From the NCBI RefSeq assembly GCF_009914755.1, contig NC_060938.1: a stretch of DNA of 64,000 nt. The stretch is one strand, 5' to 3'. The stretch comes from the human T2T-CHM13v2.0 reference genome, Homo sapiens. Below the pieces are notes generated by a model. That model saw only the letters and a list, made by a program, of their open reading frames with translations. It was not told the DNA's origin and did no database searches. Position numbers and translations under genes: made by a program. This document shows, in pieces, positions 16,480-33,220 of the stretch. Every line of letters starts with the position of its first letter. The stretch's first letter is position 1.

Positions 16480-16889
16480 GTTAGTGTATTTTGTGGACAG
16501 CACTTCCCTGTTCTAATTATATGTTAATATTTTGAGAAATAGATAATTTTGTGGTTAAAGCTACATGTTATGTACCAGTAAAGCAGAAAGGCCAAGTCAG
16601 TCTAAACTCTGTTGAATTGTGTATTAGTTAAGAAACATTTTCTTACTGCCTACTATATACAATATTCACTGCATAAATTGAAAAAAATTTACTTCCTTTT
16701 AAATAGTTTTGTACTTTAAATTATGGGGCTGGATAAAACAAGTTGTGGTTGAATGCGGTACACTGAACTTTTGGCATCGTTGTGTGGCATATTTGGTGCT
16801 AAAAATAAGCAACTCATCTTAAACATTTCTGACATTTTTAGTAGCTGGCTTTTAAAGGTATTCTTGTCCAGATTTCAGTCCTACATTAA

Positions 16890-17945
<1,056 letters not shown>

Positions 17946-18237
17946 TGTATTTTTTACTAATAGAAATTACTTTTTGTTGTTGCTACTGTTAAAGCGCTGT
18001 GATGATTTAACTATTGCCTTTTAGGCCATGGTTGCATTTCTTTTTTAAAATGTTATTAAAACATAATGAGAACACAATTTAACAGACATTGTGGCTAGGG
18101 GAAGAAACTTGCAATTTATGGTCATTTTGAGTATAGAAAGAGAAATGATGTAAAATTATTAGAAAGGGGATCTATTGGAACTTGTGGTGTTCCCTGATTT
18201 TGGAGATACTAGGTAGCCTTCTTGAATATAGTGGTAG

Positions 18238-19086
<849 letters not shown>

Positions 19087-19473
19087 CTAGAAAAGTCAAG
19101 TAAATTAGAATTCTATATTAAAAACATACTTAAAGAGGGTAAAGGTTGGGCATGGAAAAGTCAGTTTAAACTTTCTTGAATGAATATGTAGGATGAAAGT
19201 GATAGAAACTGTCTTTCTGCCTTGGGGAAATTAATGACCTCAAAAAGTAGCTTGAAACCCTATTTGAATATTTATAAGGAAACTGTAGTTCATTATTTGT
19301 TATAGAAATAAAAAGGTCTTGAGAAAGTATTATGCTCTGACTCAGAAAATGTAGGATGGTTTAGACTCTAGCTTCTAAGCCTGGACATTAAAAGACTTAC
19401 TGCAACTTTAAATTGTTTTCTTGTTTCTGAACATTTTTAGATGAATTATGTAATTTTCATAGTATCTCTGTAG

Positions 19474-19901
<428 letters not shown>

Positions 19902-20929
19902 TAGAGCTATTTCTGAAAGAGAATAGTTATCTGTTCAACGGGCAAATACAACACAGAGTCAAAGATAATGCTGTGCTCAGAAGTCATGATTTCTTCAGGA
20001 TTTTAGGGTATTTAGATTTTAAACCACAATTCTAAGGTCAATATTTATGTAAAGTATTTATGAAAATAAAAGCCATATTTAAATTTAAATTTAATATGCT
20101 TTAATTCACATAAAATATTTTGAGGTTGTTACAAAATAAAAAAATTTAGATTTTTCTAGCTATATATTCAATATCAGCATATTTTTTGCATATTTGAAAA
20201 TTGAGATTCTGTCTTGTACCGTTTAAATGGTAGCCTGTTTAACTTAAAATTAACTGCAAAAGAAATAAACAAAAACTGAGTTTTTGTAAATAATATTAAA
20301 TTGAGTAATTTAACTTAATCCCACCCATTAGGTTAAGCAATGATCCCAGGATAAAGAGAGAGAGAGAATGATGAGTAAAATGAACCCTACACTGCAATGT
20401 CTCCAGATAGCTGTATGAGTAAAAGCTTACCATCTCAGCTCTTGGGTCTTTATTTTCTTATTTTAAAAAAAGGCGTTAAGGTCCACATTAAAGTCAGGTA
20501 TAATTGGTAAAGTTTAAAACTGCTAGTCTCTTTTATTTCACGAACACTGCCAGGCCTTGGAAATTATTGATAAAACTTGATTCACTGTGAGAAACAGTCA
20601 AAAAATAATAAAAAAAATAGCATTTTATTTTAAAGTTAAAGAATAATAAAATAAAAATAAAAACTTGCTTGAGATACTTTTCTAGAAATGGAACATTTTA
20701 CAATGAAAATAGGATCCAAACATATAAGTATTTACTTTTGGATATTTGATAGATAGGCTTGTTATAAGATTGTGACTCAGCTGAAGTGGTTGTAGTTTAT
20801 ACAGATTTTTGAGAGAAGAAAGTACACCTTTTTGCTCTATATGTTTTCTCTGGAAACATCTCATTGTATTGTACCAATTTTGTCTTGATTCTCTAAGAAT
20901 CTTTTTAGTCTTTTAGGACAAAGGAAATA

Positions 20930-21375
20930 GGTATTGAGAGACATTTCTCTTCAATCCATGGATCTCTTCTGTTTCTGCACATTCGCTGAGCAGAGTACTG
21001 ATAGCTTTTGTTGGGGGCTATCTTTTTCAAAGAAATCTGTTTAGCAAACAGCCTAGGAAGATAGAAATAGTGCTTCCATTAGGACAGATGGCACATTTCT
21101 TTGCTGTCCAGGATAATTAAGATAATCCCTCTAGGGAAAAAGGTTGGGCATATTTGCTTGTAGCTCCTTTTAAAGATTGGAGTTTCATTAAGCTCAGGTT
21201 TTCTTGTCCTGTAATGCAACCCACAGTATGTGCACTTGGTTTTCCTTTCATTGGCCTTTAGGAATTAGAGCTTGAGGAATCAGTAAAAAATATGGTACTC
21301 TGTCTATGCTATTGTTGTGAGTAGTAAACTGTTCTTTGTTTCTGATCTAGGAGTGTCATAACTTCTGCCAGGATT
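20930..21375. mobile_element. Degenerate LTR-like element (family uncertain)
   Basis: LTR-like composition and terminal gtaaactgttctttgtttctgatctaggagt motif. Confidence 0.45.
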
Positions 21376-21771
21376 ATCTGATGCTAGCTTACCAGCTACA
21401 CTACTAACACATCCTATTGATAAAACAAAGCTGAGTTCATTGCTTATTGTGGTAAGGGAGAACACCTAAAAAAATCTTTGGTAGGGTCTTAGAGAGGTCA
21501 AAATTTGAGAATTTGAAGTTTGTTTTAAGTTGGATCTTTCAGTGGTGGCGATGAGGCTTGATTAGGATTGGGTAGGTATCATGATAAAACAGTTTAGGTT
21601 TGGTGGAAACAGTAAGATTTTGAAAACTGCCGAAGAGTTGATGGGTCTTTCCAGAAGGTCTGTAATGAACAATCACATTATATTTCTGCTGTCTCCTAGA
21701 ATAGCAGTTATGCTAATTAAGACAGTGGACTGGTAAAGTCATGTTAATGTACCTAGAAAGCTGTGTGTGTG

Positions 21772-22190
21772 TGTATTAGTTTTCTAGGGCTGCTATAACA
21801 AAGCACTGTAAACTGGGTGGCTTAATATAGCAGAAATTTATTCTTTCAGTTTTGGAGGTTAGCAGTCTGAAATCAAGGTGTTGGCAGGGCCACACTCTCT
21901 CCGAAGGCTCTAGGTAAGAATCCTTTCCTTCTTCTTTTAGCTTATGGTGGATGCCAGAAATCCTTGGTATTTCTTGACTTTTGGTAGCATAACTCCAATC
22001 TCTACCTCAGTATTCACATGACATCTTCCCTCTGTGTGTGTTTGTGTTCAAATGTCCTTCTTATAAGGATTCCAGTCATGTATTAGGGTCCATCCTAATC
22101 CAGAATGACATTATATCAACTTGATTATATCTGCATAGACCCTATTTCTAGCCGTTACACATTTTGGGAGGACACTTATTTAACTCAGTA
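21772..22190 (-). mobile_element. MLT1 MaLR LTR
   Basis: tgtattagttttctagggctgctataacaaag..ctgaaatcaaggtgttggcaggg. Confidence 0.85.
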
Positions 22191-22435
22191 TAGGGGACAT
22201 GTAGTTTCAGTCTTCAGTGCCCAAACTGTATGTAGGTACAGTGTTTGCTCTCAGTGTCCATGAAACTATGGCAGACTGATGTTAGCTTGCATGTAGGGTA
22301 AAATCTTAGGTTCTTCAGAGTTCTTGACAACAGCATGGTATAGTAGAAAGAAAACCAGTCTGGAAGTCAGAGTACCTTAGTTCTGCTCTGTTAATAACTA
22401 GCTTAAGAAAGTTACTGTCTTCTTTAGCTATTAGT

Positions 22436-22786
22436 TTGTTACTGATACACCAGGAGTTCAGTCTAGGTCCTGCTGCTTGCTGCATAGAAAGCCAATCACT
22501 GAGACAATGAGTATTGCCAAGGAAGAAGGCTTTAATCAGGGGCGGCAGCTGAGAAGATGGGAGCTTGGTCTCAATTCCATCTCCCTGACTGACTAAAACC
22601 AGGGTTTATATAGCAGGGAAGACATAGATTTTAACAATGTGTAAGAAAACAGGAACTTGGGAGGAGGGGCGAGGAAGCAATAATGGTGAATGAGGGGTCT
22701 GGCATCTGGTAGGGTGATCTGGTTTCAGTTCTTTGATACTTTTTGTGCCAAAAGAACAGTCTGTGGGACTATTGGGTTTGTTTCAA
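22436..22786 (-). mobile_element. ERV1 (MER4-group) LTR inserted in a MIR
   Basis: aagccaatcactgagacaatgagtattgcc motif; MIR sequence on both sides. Confidence 0.65.
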
Positions 22787-24029
22787 TTTCCTCATAGATA
22801 AAATTTGAGGCCTGAGGAAGAGAAGAGTAAACCAAATGATCTTTAAGACATTTCTAGTTCTCACATTCTGAAGTTTTATAATGTTGAGTGGCTGCTACAT
22901 ACTGTATTAATATTAGTCTTGTTGGAGTCACAAAAAGGGAATAGAAAATGCTTTAAGTGCTAATCAGATAGGCTCTAACTTGTGAATGTAGCTTGCGTAA
23001 ATTAATTTGTTTATTTGGGTGAAGCTAATTAATGAAGACATTAGGTAAACATGATGTTTGCCCTGATCTCTCTGACTTACCATTTTGTTTTTCAACTTGA
23101 ATAGTGTATTTGGAAGAAGAGCATTCTTCAGGTCACTTAAAGTTAGAAAAATGCTGCACTCTCAGGCTGAGTTCACAAAATGAAATAACCTTTCCTGAAG
23201 TGAATATGAGAATGTGGTTCCCCTTCCCCCTTCATTGCCCACGTTTGTCTGTCATGTCATTCTTGTGGTCAAGAGATTTTAGAAAAATTCTTACTAGAGA
23301 ATGGTAATAGTACTGTGAGGTGGAGCATGGTGTTAGAATTCTAGGTGTAAGTGAATCATGTGCTATTGAATTTTCTTTGTGTTTTAAATAGGTCACTGTA
23401 GTATCGTATTTGAATTCTTTGTTTGAATCATGTTGAAAGTATGTAATAATTACTGCACAGAGATATTGTGGGCACTGAAAAATTCTTTGGTACTACCAAA
23501 ACCCCCTGTGGTCATGTATGTGCTTGTTCTTTGAAGTTACAAATGAACAATGACTACATATTGATGATAAGTATAAATACAGGTTGAACCAATGTTTTTA
23601 GATCTGGACAAAAGTTACTGAAGTAGGAGAAAGGACGGATTTTTATTAATTCCATATGGAAGAAATTCAAAACCATATACCAGGGGGAGATAGGATTGTC
23701 TCACCACTTAACTTAAGGATCTTCCTGTATGTAGCCCTTCCATCACACACAAATTGTACTAAGTGTTTTCATAGTGGATATTTGGGCAATTCAGAGACTC
23801 TCACTACATGTTGTAACAATGGTAATGTATTTAATTAATTTTAGAAGATACATTAGAATATAGAATTAGCAGTAACACTCCAGCAATACCTGAAATAAAA
23901 TGTGTTAAAACAGACAGAATATAGAAATTAAATAGACATAATTACAATAATAAAAAGATATACCTCTATCATATTTCTATTCACATTTCTATTCTAGTCA
24001 ATTAAAAGAGTAGGAGAATTTTTTATCTT

Positions 24030-24327
24030 TCTTTATTAATTTTTTTGAGACAGGGCCTCACTCTATTGCCCAGGCTGGAGTGCACTGGCGCAGTCACGGC
24101 TCACTGCAGCCTTGACCTCCTTGGCTCAGGTGATTCTCCCACATCAGCCTCCTGAGTTGCTGCGATTGCAGGTGCACACCACCATGCCTGGCTAATTTTT
24201 TGCATTTTTTGTAGAGATGGAGTTTTGCCATGTTGCCCAGGCTGATCTTGAACTCCTGTGCTCAAGCAGTTCCCCACCTCAGCCTCCCAAAGTGCTGGGA
24301 TTACAGGAGTCAGCCACCGTGCCTGGC
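24030..24327 (-). mobile_element. AluJ
   Basis: Full dimer. Confidence 0.9.
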
Positions 24328-26068
24328 TAATATATTTTCTTAGTGTTAAAGAAAAGAATGTTAAGGAGTTACTCAGAAAGTAACTTGAACTTTTGGTGTG
24401 GGCTGTTTTGATGATTGTTGGGAAGATTTTCTTTTTTTCTTCATTCCTGGGGCCATGGTGGCTGATCATCCAAGCTTGGATTAAACTCTGTTCCTTGTAC
24501 TTTTCCTTCTCATTTTAGGTTTTGGAGTCAGTATACTTATATTACCAAGAAAATAAGGTTCCTCCAACTTGTAAGAAATATTTTCTAGTTTCAGAGAATT
24601 ATGAATTGGTAAAGATTGAAAAAGATGGTATGGATGTGTTTGAATTATTCACTTTTATGGTGTATAGTCTTCACTTTCCATGTTGTGTTTTGTTGGACTC
24701 AAAGATGCTTGAGCAGTTAGAGAGATTCTCCCTGGCTCCCCCAGCCACCCCTGCAGCCCCACTGGGGAAAAAAGGAAACAAAGGAGGAAAACCGTGTTGA
24801 ACACATATTTTTTCTTAAGCACCTATACTGGATTAATGTATTACTGTGAAAGTTGTTTAATTGGAGTTTTTTTAAAATAGATTTTTATTTCTTAGGGCAG
24901 TTTTAGGTTTACAGAGAAATTGTAATTTCTTACAGAGAGTTCCCAAATATCTCCCCCTTTTATCTTACAATCTGTAGTAATTGCTTATTATTTCCAGGAG
25001 TTTGTTGGTCAGTACTTTGGGTTTTTTTTTTTTTTTTTTTTTTACATAGATGATCATGTCATCTGCAAATAGAGAGTTTTATTTCTTTCTTCTCAATTTG
25101 TGTACCTTTTATGTCCTTTTCTTGTTTTACTGCATTAGCTAGGATGTCCAGTATGATGTTGAATAGGAGTGGTAAGAAGGGAAGTCCTTGCCTTGTTCCT
25201 GATCCTACGGGGAAAGGATCTGGTTTCTTACCATTAGGTATGGTGTTTGCTGTAAGTTTTTTGTAAATTTTATTTATCAAGTGGAGGAAATCCTCCTCTA
25301 TTTCTAGTTTGCTGAGAACATGTAATTATTAACTGATGTAGAATTTTATCAAATACTTTTATTGCATCTATTGATATGATCTGATTGTATGATTTTTTTT
25401 TTCTGTTTCCTGGATTACATTAATTGACTTTTAGATGTTGAACCTACCTTGCATACTTGGAATATACTCTACTTGGTCGTGGTGTATAATGTGATTTGCT
25501 GAGATTTTTGAGAACATTTGCCTCTGTGTTCATGAAAGATATTGTTCTGTAATTTTCCTTTCTTGTAAGGCTGTTGCCTGGGCTTATGATCGGGGTAATG
25601 TTGGCCTCTGAGAATGAGTTAGAAGTGCTCACTCTGCTTCTACAGATTGTAGAATATTGGTATCATCTGTTCCTTAAATATTTGATAGAATTCACGAATG
25701 AATTATCTTGAGTGTGGTGCTTTCTGTTTTGGAAGATTATTAATTATTTATTCAGGTTTTAAAAATTGATTTAGGCTTATTCAGATTATTTGTTTCTTCT
25801 TGTGTGAATTTTGGTAGATTGTGTCTTTTAAGGGATTGGTCCATTTCACCTAAGTTATCAAATTTAAGGGCATAGAACCAGCTTTGAGTCTTGTTGATTT
25901 TCTTTGTTTTCCTGTTTTCAATTTTGCTCTGATTTTTGTTGTTTTCTTCTGCTTCCTTTGGATTTAATTTGTTCATTTTCTGGTTTCCTAAATTAAAAGC
26001 TTAGATGATTAATTTTACCTTTCTTCTTTTTTAACATATACATTCAATGCTAAAAATTAATCTCTTAG

Positions 26069-26236
<168 letters not shown>

Positions 26237-27224
26237 TAAATTTTGGTGTTTTATTTTCATGTACACTTAGTTTAAAATATTTTATAATTTCTCAAGACTA
26301 TTTTTTTGATCTACGAGTTATTTGTAAGTGAGCTGTTTAAACATCTCCAAATATTTTGAGATTTTCCAGCTATGTTTTTGTTTAACTAGTTTAATTCCAT
26401 TGTGGTGTGTCTATTTGTATGGTGTCTATTCTTTAAAATTTGTTAAGGTATATTTTGTAGTCTCTCTTTGTGAAATGTTCCCTGTGGATTTGAGAAGAGT
26501 GTGTATACTGCTGTTGCTGGATGAAGTGTTCTATAAATGTCAGTTAGATCTAGTTGATTGATGGTGTCATCAGTTCTATGATACCTTCCTGATTTTCTGC
26601 TTCTGTCAATTACCGATAGAGGGTTGTTGAAGCTCCAACTATAATATTGAATTCATGTGTTTCTCCTTGTAGTTCTATCAGTTTTTATTATACCTTATGT
26701 ATTTTGACACTCTGTAGTTAGGTACATACATATAAAGATGATTATGTCTTCTTGGTGAATAATAACAGATTGACCATCTGTTATTAGGTAATGCCCCTCT
26801 ATCACTGATAATTTTTCTTGGCCTTAAGCTTGCTCTTTCTGAAATTTTTATAGCCATTCCAGGTTTCTTTTGATTAGGTTTAGCATAGCCTATCTTTCTC
26901 CATCCCTTTACTTTTAATCTGTCTTCATCTTTATATTTAGAGTGGGATTTTTGTAGACATCATATAGTAGGGTCTTGTCGTTTGATTTGCTCTCGACAGC
27001 ATGTGTCTTTTAACTGGTGTATTTAGACCACAGATGTTTAAAGTAATTATTGATATAGTTGGATTAATGTCTACTGTATTTATAACTGTTTTCTACTCAT
27101 TGTCCTTGTTCTTTCTTTTTTCGTCTTTCACTTTGTCTCTGCCTTCTTCATTGTAATTCAGCATTTTATATAATTCCATTTTGTCTCCTGTTTTAAAATA
27201 TAAATTATACTTAATTTAAAATTA

Positions 27225-27530
<306 letters not shown>

Positions 27531-28025
27531 TGAAATTATTTTTTAGTTGTTGCCCCACAGTTTGCAATAATTACACAGTTAAACTGATCCAAGTTCACTT
27601 TTTAAATAACACTTTACCACTTCATGGGTAGTGCAAATACCTTACAACTTAGTATTGTCAGTTCCTTTTTCCCATTCCTTATAACATTACTTTTATTTGT
27701 TTTACTTTTCCATAATTTACAGTCACTAAATATATTGTTGCTATTATTATTTTGAACAAGTTGTTATCTGTTAGATGAATTAAGGATCAGAAAAACAAAA
27801 GATTTAGTTTTACCTTTATTTTTTTCCTCTACACTCTTCCTTTCTTTTTGTAATCCATATTTCTGATCTATATAATTTTCCTTCTTTCTGAATAACTTCT
27901 GTTAACATTTCTTGCAAGTCATGTTTATTGGGTTTCATTTCTCCCAGTTTTTATTTCAGAAAGTCTTTATTTCTTCACTTTTGGAGGATACTTTTGCTGG
28001 GATTCTATAGGCATTCTAGTTTGGT

Positions 28026-29148
<1,123 letters not shown>

Positions 29149-29574
29149 TTGGATTTTTTTTTTTTTTTTTTTAACACTAAATATTTCACTTCACTCTTTT
29201 TGCTTGCATGGTTTCTGAAGAGAAAGTTTGATCTAATTCTTTATTTCTCTGTGGATAAGATGTTTTCTGTGTGTGTTGATTTTTTTCTTTACCTCTTGCT
29301 TCTTTCGAGATATCTTATTGGTCTTAAAGTTAATAAGGAAAAAACTAAAGTTTTGCTTTTGATTTAGTTTTCTCTTTGTCTTATTTTCTGCAGCTTCACT
29401 ATCATTTGCCTATGTAAATATTTTGGTATTTATCTTGCTTGGTGTTCTCTGAACTTCCAGGTTTGGTGTTTCTTACTAAAGACATTCTTTCCTGTTACAG
29501 TGTTATTGATTTGTACACTCCCCTTCCTCGCCTCCCCTCTTCACTGTTTTTTCCTTCTCTTTACTCTTCCTTTC

Positions 29575-29960
29575 TTTCCACAGGATCTCACTCTGTCACC
29601 CTGGCTGGAGTGCAGTAGTGGCGTGATCATAACTCGCTGCAGTCTTGAACTCCTAGGCTCAAGTGATTCTCCCTCCTCAGCTTCTCAAGTAGCCAGGACT
29701 ACAGGTGTGTGCCACCATGCCTGGCGATTAAAAAAAAAATCGTAGAAACAGGGTCTCCAATGTTGCCCAGGCCGGTCTTAGAAAAAAGGACTTAGCTGGG
29801 CATGGTGGTGGCATGCACCTGTAGTCCTACCTGCTTGGGAAGCTGTGGCAGGAAGATTGTTTGTGCCTAGGAGTTCAAGGCTACAGTGCGCTGTGAATCA
29901 CCACTGTACTCCAGACTGGGTAACAGTGAGACCCTGTCTCAAAACATATATATAAAAAAA
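29575..29960. mobile_element. Minus AluJ fragment (29575-29780) abutting a plus right arm (29792-29960)
   Basis: Alu motifs in opposite orientations. Confidence 0.85.
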
Positions 29961-30214
29961 AATTCCTGGTGATAATTTGATAATTCCTGGTAAAAATTTC
30001 TGCCACATCCGAGTCTGTTTCCGAGGCTTGCTTTGTTTCTTCAGATTGTATTTTTTGCCTTTATAGTGCCTCATAATTTTTTTTCATAGCCAGACAGAAT
30101 GTATCAGGTAAAAGGAACTGAGGTAAATAGGCCTTTAGTGTGAGGTTTTATGTTTATCTGTTTAGAAGTCAGGCTGTGTTTAGTGTTTGTTCTGGCTGTG
30201 GTATCGGAGGCAAA

Positions 30215-31713
30215 TGTTACGGGATCTTTAAGGTGTTGCTTTTCTGTCTAGAAACCTCTGTGGCCAGTGGCGCCTTTGCCCGAGTTCTTGTCCTGTGTCC
30301 AGGAAGAATTATGTATGCAGACAAGTGGAGGGTGAGCAAGACAAAGAGAAGCTTTACTGAGTGTTAGAACAGCTCAGAGGAGAGCTGCAGAGGGCAGCCC
30401 CTCTCTGTAGGCAGGTTGTCTCATCCAGTGTTCAGCTCTCAGCAGAGAGGAGGCCCTGGAGTGAGTGGCTCCTCTCTGCAGGCAGGTCCCCATTGACTTC
30501 CCAGCTCTCAGCAGAGACGATAGCTCCTCTCTGCAGCTAGTCATCTGGCTGTCTCTCTGGCCTCTGCCCTGCTCTGGCTGATCTCGGGGCTTTTATGGAC
30601 CTCAGTGGGGAGGAAGTGTGTCAATTGGTACATCGGTGGCCATGGGTGGGCTGGAAAAGGCACCACAAGCCCCCACTGCAGTCTGCGGGACTGGCAGCCC
30701 GGTCCCCAACCTTCAGGCCCTCCCTGGCCTGAAGGTGGGGTCTATCTGGGGACGTGCCCCCTTCCACCCAGGAGCCTGTCTGCTTCCTGCCACTTTCCAT
30801 GGCTCCCAGGCTGCTTGTGCCAAGGGGCACCTGCCTGCCAGCATGGAGCAGCTCTCCACCTCAGCTTCCTCAGAGGGGGCCTAGGCGGCAGGGCCTGAGC
30901 ATGCGCATATCCTGTTGGGCTGTGATGATATCCAGGCTTGGCTCCAACCCCACTCTGAGAACCTGCCACATTGGAGCCGGTGCGGGAAGTGGCAGCGGGA
31001 ACAGGCATTTCCGAGCCTGCAAAGGCAAGGGGGGCCTTCCTGAGCCCCCAAGAGCACACGGAGGCCTGGGTCCACAACCCTGACTTGGGTAGCTGCAGCT
31101 GTATGGGGTTGGGGGACAGGGCTCCTGCCTGTTTCCAGTCCCCAAGAGCACATGGAGGCCTGGGTCTACCACCCAGGCTTGGGTGGCTTGGGCTGCTGCC
31201 TGCTCCTGGCTCCCACTGGCACTGTGGAGCATGCAGCCCTGGCTCCGCCCCCTTTCAGCCTGAGACAGGGGCTCCAGATCCTTGCTGGACCTGGGCTGGG
31301 ATCCGGGGCAGGGGTGACATCGCCGGGAGCTACCCCAGTTGCCCTGGCGCTTCAGTGGCCCAGGCAGAGCAGATAACTGTCCGGCCTGGCTGTTGGGAGT
31401 GGCAGGCTCAGCAGTCGCCTGATGTGGGGTGGACCCTGGGGATGTAGCCCCGGGCAGCCCTGCACAGAGCCTCCTCCTGAGGCCCAGGAACCTGGCACCC
31501 TCAGTGGGGTGGGCGCAGTGGCTGTGTCACTGGCTGGTCCCTGAAGTGGGCACCGCTCCCACTTCCTGCCTCAGGCCCCTGAAGCTCAGCCTCAGCTCTG
31601 CATCGGTCTGCTCTCTGCTTGACTGTGCTGCACAGAGGGCGGCGGGCTGTTGAGGGAGGGGGTCTGTCCGCCTCTCCCTGTGCCGTCCATGTACCAGAAA
31701 GCCACCGCCATCA
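30215..31713 (-). mobile_element. MER52-type ERV1 solo LTR (GC-rich)
   Basis: tgttacgggatcttt..ccaccgccatca termini; characteristic gctcctctctgcag repeats; ~1.5 kb. Confidence 0.8.
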
Positions 31714-31865
31714 CTATTAGAGGCTAAAATTTCTTCTACTGTCCTTGCTTTTATCTGCCCTGTTGTCTTTGGGTTTTTGTAAAGAATCCTTAAATGGGGT
31801 CTGAGGCTTGCAGGTTTTTAAGTTGTAATCCTGTGTTGTACAAGAGCTGTACTGATGTGGTGGTA

Positions 31866-31950
31866 AGGGTAGAGGGATGAGGGGGAAAGTTCTATAGTCC
31901 TGTAATTAGATCTCAGGACTATAGAACTTTCCCCCTCATCCCTCTGCCCT
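31866..31950 (+). ncRNA. MIR625: pre-miR-625 hairpin (5p AGGGGGAAAGTTCTATAGTCC 31880-31900; 3p GACTATAGAACTTTCCCCCTCA 31917-31938)
   Basis: 37-bp stem with one G:U pair and an 11-nt loop. Mature sequences recognised as hsa-miR-625-5p/3p. Confidence 0.96.
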
Positions 31951-32812
31951 CTACCAACTGTGAGCCTGAGTTGAGTAACTGTCTCTTTTTCTCGGTCAAA
32001 GGATAGATGGGGCTGGAGTTGGGTATTTCCCTTCCCTCCGGTTGGTTAGGCACTGTAAAACCGTAGTAGGTTAGGCAATCTAAAAGCCAGTTGGTTAGGT
32101 TCTGGTAAAATAGTTTCCTTTTCTGGAATACCTTTTAAGAGAAATAAAGTTCCTGGCGTATTTCAAAATGGTTTTTCTTCTTCCCCTGCTGCAAGCAGGA
32201 GGGGTTTTTTTTCAGATCTTTACCATGAGAACCTGGTAGGGCTCCTGGAGGTAAAACTCAGGAAAGTATGGGGACCCCTGTAAGACTGGTCCCCTTACAG
32301 TTTTTAACTCTCAAGCTAGTCCACAATTACTGTTTCAAGTGTTCCTACTGATGCTGGCTTCAGTTGAGAGCTTGTATTCCTGGACTTCTGCTTCCTGCAC
32401 ACTGTGATTCTCTATCTGCCTGTCTTGTCTCTCCAGGTTTTAGAGCAGCAGTTTGCCCTCTGACCTCAATTCTCTGATGGCTCTAAGAAGAGTTGGATTA
32501 TCAGTTTTTTTTTTTTTACCCCCAGCTTTTTTTCTTGTCGTGAGGTTGGGAGTGATGAATTACAAGCTCTTTACAACTGTACTTAAGGTTATTTTTTGAC
32601 CATTTTTGATGCTTTTGTAACTAGTCAAAAGACTTATTACAGTATCCTTTATCTCATTTGGCAGTATTGTTCATTAAGAATTTTATTTCTTTCTGACATC
32701 AGGTCTGCACATTTTGGGGATAATATATTCTAATTTGCAAGAAAGATTAAAAAACTTCTCCAGAGGGAAGTTGATCATAGGACTGATTCTTATTATTGAT
32801 GAATTGACTGCC

Positions 32813-33220
32813 TTGTCTTGTTTTGTGTTGCTATGTAGGAATACCTGAGGCTAGGTAATTTATAAAGAGTTTGATTTACCGCACAGTTCTGCAGGCTGTA
32901 CAAGAAGTATGGCACCAGGATCGGCTTGTAGTGAGGGCCTTAGGCTACTTCCACTGATAGCAGAAGGCAAAGAGGTGCCAGCTTGTGCACAAAATGAGAG
33001 AGGAGAAAAGGGTGGGAGGAGGGGCCCTGGCTCTTTTTAACAACCAGCTCTTGGGGGAACAAATAGAGTGAGACCTCAAGCATGCCTGAGGAAGAGCATT
33101 AATTTATTCTTGAGGGTTCTGACCCCTCCCCACCATGCCCAACAACATCTCCCATTAGGCCCCACCCCCAACATTGAGATCAAATTTCAACAGGAGGGAC
33201 AATCATCTAAGTGATAGCAT
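32813..33220 (-). mobile_element. MST MaLR LTR
   Basis: aatacctgaggctaggtaatttataaag..cacagttctgcaggctgtacaagaag. Confidence 0.8.

Noticed and set aside
25059-25976. RT-like ORFs
   Set aside because: Frameshifted fossils of L1 ORF2, not a functional gene.
30605-31653. Dense overlapping ORFs up to 158 aa, CpG-island-like
   Set aside because: All lie in the GC-rich MER52-like LTR, where stop codons are rare; no recognisable protein.
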